A stretch of DNA of 64,000 nt from positions 396,780-460,779 of the forward strand of contig JBHLLT010000002.1 of NCBI GenBank assembly GCA_048938855.1, written 5' to 3'. The position numbers were made by a program, and so were the translations under genes. The notes beneath the pieces were generated by a model. The model was not told the origin of the DNA and ran no database searches. It was given only the letters and a program-made list of their open reading frames with translations. Shown one piece after another: positions 58,703 through 64,000 of the stretch (positions are counted from its first letter, which is position 1; each line of letters begins with the position of its first letter). Source of the DNA: Promethearchaeota archaeon. Lineage in GTDB: Archaea; Asgardarchaeota; Lokiarchaeia; Sigyniarchaeales; SOKP01.

Positions 58703-59050
58703 GATGATTGACGGGAGATAGGGGGTTTAATTAAACCAAATTGCTATTTAACGATATTCTTATAAGGATACCACTAATTATCGACAAAATTTTCATATTT
58801 AAATATAATGATTTAAAATAATAATCCGTCTCGATAGAACGACAATAGTGTAAAGGAACCTTTTTGTCGTTATTTTGGGTCTAGAGCATATGATCTTTTA
58901 GAAACTAATAGCATAAAATGAAAAATTTTTAAATTCCAGAATATGATTAGGGAGATAAATCAATTTTTCAGAAAAAATTAAAATTGAGTTTGTAATTATT
59001 TAAATAATAAATTTCTTTCTTTTATTATATATTCTGAATTATATGTTGAT

Positions 59051-60688
59051 ATGAAAGAATTCAGAGTTAATGATTTCATAACTCTCAGATTGGAGAGAAA
59101 TCATACAGTTATCTATATTGAAGGAAAGAAATTTCTAAAGTGTAAAAGATTACTAATAAATATTCCTTTTGATAAAGAATCCCCATTAAATTCAATTGAT
59201 TCTATTGATGATTTATCTGAATTTTTCGAAAATGAAATTTCTAATGAACAAAGAATTCAAAAATTTGAAATTCCACCAGAGGTTGAATTTTGGGGACATT
59301 GTAGTAATCTTCAAGCATGGTATCAACATGATTATAATACAAGAATCTTAAAATCCGATTTAGCTTTTCCTTTACTCAAGAAATTAGTTGATTTAGGCGA
59401 TCCATTAGCTAAAAGAGTTTTTAAGGAAGAATTGACCTCCCGTCTGTTAAATGGTAATTTCAATGTCATACTTTTCCTTTTGAATCAGAATTATTTGCAA
59501 TATTTCAAGGATGAGGAAAAGGAAATACTGCTAGACTATCTTGATACTAATATTAAAAGAATAACCGACGATTTTTTAGCAGATGATAAGAAATTGACAT
59601 TTTTAGGATTTAAAAAGGTCAGAGAGTTTGCTACAGTCTATCCTTCAAAGTTGTCAGAAAATCTTTATTTGTATAAATTAATCAGCATTATTAAGAGTCA
59701 AAATGTGAGAGAATTTGAATATTTATTAAAGAGACAAGCTTATAATTATTTTTTATATAAGAAAGAAGGGTTTAATGAGATCTTTTCTAATGTCTCAGCT
59801 AGTATATTAGAACATTTAATCAAATTGTTGTTAGCCAGATATCCACTAGTTGTTGAGACTAAATATGGAGAAGAAATAAATTTGGTATACTTAGCTGATG
59901 AATTCTTTCATTATATTAGAGATCTTCCCCCTTCCTTTCTCAATAAGTGGTTAATTGACGTAATACCCGATCTTAGTTTTAAGACTATCAGATTTATGCT
60001 AAGAAAAGGATTCTTTAGATATTTAACATATGAAGATATAAGATATTTAAATAAGAGACCTGATTTTATTTTAGCGAATTTTTATGTCGAATTCAATAAT
60101 GAGGTCTTCTTCATTGATGAATATACATATGGAGAGAAAGATTATTTAGCCCCACATTCATCAAGATCGATGGAATGGCTTTACAATCTTGAACTCGAAC
60201 GCCTTTATCTATCTATTGTAGGAAGAGGTATTAAAGATATTAAGCAGATTAAAGGATTAGAGAAAATGAAAAATTTGGAGTATTTAGATTTGAAAGGTAA
60301 TAAAATAGAAAATATTGATGGTTTTGATTATTTAACTAATCTAAGATTCTTAGATCTCTCTAAAAATAATATCTCAGATTTAAAAGGTTTAAATATTTTT
60401 CATAATCTTAGAATTTTGAATTTAAGCAAAAATAATCTTAATTCTTTGCCCGATTCAGTAGGAATGTTAGAAGAGCTACGGAAGTTAAAATTAGCTAATA
60501 ATAATTTACAAGAACTTCCTAAAACACTTAATAATCTGAAAAAATTAGAAATTATAGATTTAAGTTTTAACAATTTTAATAGTTTCCCATCAATCTTGTG
60601 TGAATTAAAATCACTTAAAGAAATACATTTAAAAGGGAGCAATCTAAAAGATTTACCAGAAGGAAAAATAGATATTATTTTAAATTAA
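59051..60688 (+). CDS. Leucine-rich repeat protein with Lokiarchaeia-type N-terminal domain
   Basis: C-terminal LxxLxLxxN repeats; N-terminal FRVNDFITLRLE...EFWGHCSNLQAW. Confidence 0.88.
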   Translation: MKEFRVNDFITLRLERNHTVIYIEGKKFLKCKRLLINIPFDKESPLNSIDSIDDLSEFFENEISNEQRIQKFEIPPEVEFWGHCSNLQAWYQHDYNTRILKSDLAFPLLKKLVDLGDPLAKRVFKEELTSRLLNGNFNVILFLLNQNYLQYFKDEEKEILLDYLDTNIKRITDDFLADDKKLTFLGFKKVREFATVYPSKLSENLYLYKLISIIKSQNVREFEYLLKRQAYNYFLYKKEGFNEIFSNVSASILEHLIKLLLARYPLVVETKYGEEINLVYLADEFFHYIRDLPPSFLNKWLIDVIPDLSFKTIRFMLRKGFFRYLTYEDIRYLNKRPDFILANFYVEFNNEVFFIDEYTYGEKDYLAPHSSRSMEWLYNLELERLYLSIVGRGIKDIKQIKGLEKMKNLEYLDLKGNKIENIDGFDYLTNLRFLDLSKNNISDLKGLNIFHNLRILNLSKNNLNSLPDSVGMLEELRKLKLANNNLQELPKTLNNLKKLEIIDLSFNNFNSFPSILCELKSLKEIHLKGSNLKDLPEGKIDIILN

Positions 60689-60717
60689 AAAATTAAAAAT
60701 AAAATAAAAAAAAAATA

Positions 60718-62184
60718 TTACTTTTTACGTTTAGGTTCAATTTTCTTTATTATAATTGATTCGGCGTGGATTTTACAGTTCTTAAGAATTACTTTGAAGC
60801 CACCAGCTCCACCAACACCTGGGATTGTCATACCAACAGTTCCCATAGGGACCATTGCACCTTCTTCTTCCCATTCTTCTTCCTCTTCTTCTACTCCACC
60901 CACAGCAGCTTTGAATTCTTCAGTTTCTATAATAGGATGACCAACTTTCTCCAACCAAGCAGGAAGCTGACTTAGATCGTCGACATCTTCTTCGGTAGCA
61001 ATTTTATCTCTTAAATCTTCTGGAAGGTACTCATAAACGCGATCTTTAACAGTTTTTCCCATCCATACGATTGTATAAATCCCTTCCTTTAAACCTACAT
61101 TTATACCGTCATATTTTTGGTATTTAGGTGATATAATGTATTGAATGCTGATTCCATTAAAACCGGGCATTTGTATCGGCTCTTTAACCTAATGGGTTAA
61201 AGAATTTCCGCCCCCGGTTTGATTGGCCATTGCTGAGAATGGTAATCCATTGATTGCTACACCATCAAAACTTCTATCAATAATTCCATGACCTGCACCA
61301 GTCTCGGGAATAAAGAAATCAATTGCCTCAAAACAACCGCAAGAGGTATGTGGAAATTCCATTCCTGAGTAGAGATAAATTCTATCGATTTCTCCTAATG
61401 ATCGCTTTTTTATCATTTCATTAACTCCAGTAAATTCACCTGCTAATTCATTTAAGCACTCTCCCATAGGAACTTCGAAAAGCGGGCCTTTCGGATCAAC
61501 TCTAGCAGCAGCTCTTGCGTCAAACCATGAAATAGAACCACATAAACTCATACGATTAGGTGTTATACAACAAGCGTGAGTGGGAGCAAAACTCTGGCAT
61601 AAAACACAACCATAAAACATATCTACATCTTCATCATTTATACTCCGTGCTCGTATATCTCTCTTTTCATAGATATCCATCGCATAATCATATGGATCTT
61701 TTATTTTATTTGGATCTGTATAAATTGTCACCTGTGCTTTCTTAATGATTGGCAGTTCAGCTTTATATAATCTTATAAGAACTGTTCCAAGCATATTGAA
61801 TGAATTAAACCCTTTTTCAAAAGCAGATTTAGAAATACGCATCCAATTGGTATATCTCTGGTTCAAATGCATTATTCCATTTACGAAATTACAAAATTCA
61901 TGAACTCTTCTTTCAAATACGGCTTCTAAATCTTCTTCAAGTTCAGGACCACTAACCTCAACCAAAATACCTATTGGATGTCTAGATCCTTCTTCCATAT
62001 CCTTAAGATCGGGACCAATAATTTTTACTTTTCCATCCTCAATTTCTTTGTCCGATTTAACTCTAACGAGTTCAAAATGCTTTTCAATCTTAGGTCCACC
62101 GAGTTCAACATACATTTGATTTCCCCGAATTCGCTCACCTTCATACACAGGTCCAACATCTACAGGCATGTCAGCAAAACTCAT
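60718..62184 (-). CDS. cdhC: Acetyl-CoA decarbonylase/synthase beta subunit, join(62184..61205, 61174..60718), 478 aa after removing the 30-nt insert
   Basis: YEGERIR, HLNQR, CVLCQSFAPTH, LCG, HTSCGCFE; second part PGF.GIS, IVW, IATE, acidic linker; the two called ORFs are in one frame, separated by a TAG. Confidence 0.9.
61175..61204 (-). other. Putative bulge-helix-bulge mRNA intron (30 nt) in cdhC
   Basis: TTCTTTAACCCATTAGGTTAAAGAGCCGAT: 9-bp perfect hairpin, in-frame TAG, 3-nt bulges AA^T and AT^A, flanking 8-bp exon stem AAACCGGG/CCCGGTTT. Confidence 0.75.
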
Positions 62185-62219
62185 ATTTAATTACTCCTCT
62201 TACATTTTTTTATATTCTT

Positions 62220-62759
62220 TTATAATTTTCCAATTAAATTTTCTAAAAATAATTTCCAATCTTCATCGCTCAGATTTGGTAAACTAAATCTGGCATTTGG
62301 ATGAGAATATTTATCTAATTCTACTGTTTTAACCCAGTTTGTAAAATTTTTGATCCTAGATAATGTTTGTGAGACATAAAATACTAAATGTCCACCGAAA
62401 ATTGCCATAGAATACTGACCTTCTCCGTCTAAACCAGTCCAATTTCTATCACATAATCGATTTGTGATATTAATTAACGACATATCATATAGCTTTCCAT
62501 CTGTGATTTTATCCTTGAGATAACTATAAGTATGGCCAGTGCTAACAACATGGCAATCAATTTTATTCGCAATATCTATTAAATAATCTGCAACCTTTCT
62601 CTCTCCGAGTTCCCAGTTTAAAGATTCCGCACCAATTACAATGACTTTCTTTTTAGGTGTTTTAAGAATATTAGCCATCACTGTAGGGTCTGAAACAGAA
62701 GTACCCATCTCAGGGCCAGGAATGTTTGCTTTTTGATATGGACGTGCCATTTCACTCAA
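62220..62759 (-). CDS. cdhB: CO dehydrogenase/acetyl-CoA synthase epsilon subunit
   Basis: PYQKANIPGP, W.GLDGEGQY, YVSQTLS, HPNARFSLPNL; directly upstream of cdhC. Confidence 0.88.
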   Translation of the reverse strand: MSEMARPYQKANIPGPEMGTSVSDPTVMANILKTPKKKVIVIGAESLNWELGERKVADYLIDIANKIDCHVVSTGHTYSYLKDKITDGKLYDMSLINITNRLCDRNWTGLDGEGQYSMAIFGGHLVFYVSQTLSRIKNFTNWVKTVELDKYSHPNARFSLPNLSDEDWKLFLENLIGKL

Positions 62760-62905
62760 TTTCCTCTGTTTTTATTTTTAGCTGTAAATTTTAAAATAAT
62801 TGTTATACTTAGAATTATTAAAGACAATTTAAAAAAATTGTTTTTATAAAGTTTAACCTAAAAAGGAGCTAAAAAAATAGAAATAAAAAAAGAATTTTTC
62901 AAAAA

Positions 62906-64000
62906 TTACAAATTCGGTTTTTTATCTTGCCAAGGAGCAACTTCTTCAAATGCTTGTGATACTTGAAGCACAGTTAATTCATCAAACCTTTTTCCAACGA
63001 TTTGCATACCAATCGGCATACCATCTCTAGACCAACCACACGGAATTGATGCTGCTGGATGACCACTCATATTAAAAGGATATGTAAATGGTAACCATCC
63101 AAGTTCAGTCATATTTTTTCCATTAATAATAATGTTGGTTTTTCTGTTTTCTTTATCAATAACGTTTGATCCACCAATTTTAAAAGCAGGACAAGCAAGA
63201 GTGGGCGTTATCAATATATCAATGTTCTTAAAGGTCTTACATATATTTTCATATATCATTTCTCTTTGAACTTCGGCAAGCTTTAATTCACTTGTAGAAA
63301 AGCTATATCCAAGGTTTATAAGTTCCAGAAGATATGGATCTATTTTATCTTTCCCTGATTCTAAATATGATCCTAAGGTATAAGCAAATCCAGCACACCA
63401 AATTTTTATAAAAACAGATTCAGGATTCTTCAGCCTGATTCTGGTTTTTTCTGCTGACCACCCAAATTCTTCAAATTTTTGAATCCCAGATAATACAGAT
63501 TTTTCAACTTCAGGGTCAAGAGCTTCAGCAAATCCTAAATCCAGAGAATAACCAATCTTTAGATTAGTTGGTTTTTCATCAAGTTTTTCTAAATAACTAT
63601 AATTCGGCTTTGGAACAGAATATCTATCAGAGTCATCTTGACCTGCTATAACATCTAAAACCAATGCAGCATCCTTTACATATCTTACAAGAGGACCTTT
63701 ATGGACAACTGTACCAAGATAACCAAATAATTTCATAGCGTTTTGAGGAACTCGTCCAAAAGTTGATTTAAGCCCATATACTCCACAGAAGCAACTAGGA
63801 ATTCTTATTGAGCCTCCACCATCTGATCCTATAGCGATAGGACTTAATCCTGAAGTTACCGCACTAGCAGCACCACCACTGGATCCTCCTGTAGTTCTTT
63901 CCAAGTCCCATGGATTTTTTGTTACTCCAAACATCAAATTATCTGTTTCTGCTTTATAGCCAAATTCAGGTGTATTTGTTTTTCCCAATATCACAACACC
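62906..64000 (-). CDS. Amidase signature family protein (5' end outside the window)
   Basis: GKTNTPEFG, GGSSGG, GSDGGGSIRIP, PIGMQIVG. Confidence 0.92.
   Translation of the reverse strand, partial: GVVILGKTNTPEFGYKAETDNLMFGVTKNPWDLERTTGGSSGGAASAVTSGLSPIAIGSDGGGSIRIPSCFCGVYGLKSTFGRVPQNAMKLFGYLGTVVHKGPLVRYVKDAALVLDVIAGQDDSDRYSVPKPNYSYLEKLDEKPTNLKIGYSLDLGFAEALDPEVEKSVLSGIQKFEEFGWSAEKTRIRLKNPESVFIKIWCAGFAYTLGSYLESGKDKIDPYLLELINLGYSFSTSELKLAEVQREMIYENICKTFKNIDILITPTLACPAFKIGGSNVIDKENRKTNIIINGKNMTELGWLPFTYPFNMSGHPAASIPCGWSRDGMPIGMQIVGKRFDELTVLQVSQAFEEVAPWQDKKPNL

Noticed and set aside
60718-61170. Treating the 150-aa ORF as an independent gene, or cdhC as a simple pseudogene
   Set aside because: It is the in-frame C-terminal part of CdhC; both halves are otherwise intact and the only lesion is the structured insert.
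61189-61191. Pyrrolysine or readthrough of the cdhC TAG
   Set aside because: Readthrough would leave 10 extra residues in a conserved GG-K-Q-x-x-GF motif, and no pyl genes are in the window; precise excision explains the sequence better. Not formally excluded.
429-62190. Many short antisense or overlapping ORFs in the track (e.g. 429-692, 4380-4733, 16443-16901, 30394-30762, 38704-39045)
   Set aside because: They are shadows of well-supported genes on the opposite strand or frame and have no motifs.
1-64000. CRISPR arrays, IS elements, inteins, selenoprotein UGA/SECIS
   Set aside because: No repeat-spacer periodicity, transposase, intein-sized insertion or in-frame TGA in a conserved gene was seen by eye.

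Overview
AT-rich archaeal chromosomal segment, most consistent with Asgard archaea (Lokiarchaeia-like). This is an inference from gene content: B1-type PolB, tetraether synthase, an LRR protein, a longin-like protein, archaeal CdhB/CdhC and GGTGA-type Shine-Dalgarno motifs. Main contents: a Liv-type ABC importer, a 2853-aa polytopic membrane protein, a ~13 kb phosphate-associated locus (AbrB-PhoU, three DUF47 paralogues, a divergent Pit, an asymmetric ABC importer and an AlkP-superfamily enzyme), an intron-containing tRNA-Thr(UGU), lipid genes (GGR-family, Tes, polyprenol-kinase-like), NAD salvage genes and cdhB-cdhC. Top finding: cdhC (acetyl-CoA synthase beta) is interrupted by a 30-nt in-frame, stop-containing hairpin (61175-61204) that folds as a relaxed bulge-helix-bulge motif. 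Cutting at the standard endonuclease positions restores the family motif GGGKQMPGF, so this is a candidate tRNA-endonuclease-type mRNA intron in a central metabolic gene. Also seen: likely ATT/CTG starts, unannotated small ORFs, a candidate Pho-box and a decayed SDR duplicate. No CRISPR array, rRNA or transposase was recognised. All family assignments are from motif recognition by eye; no searches were run.
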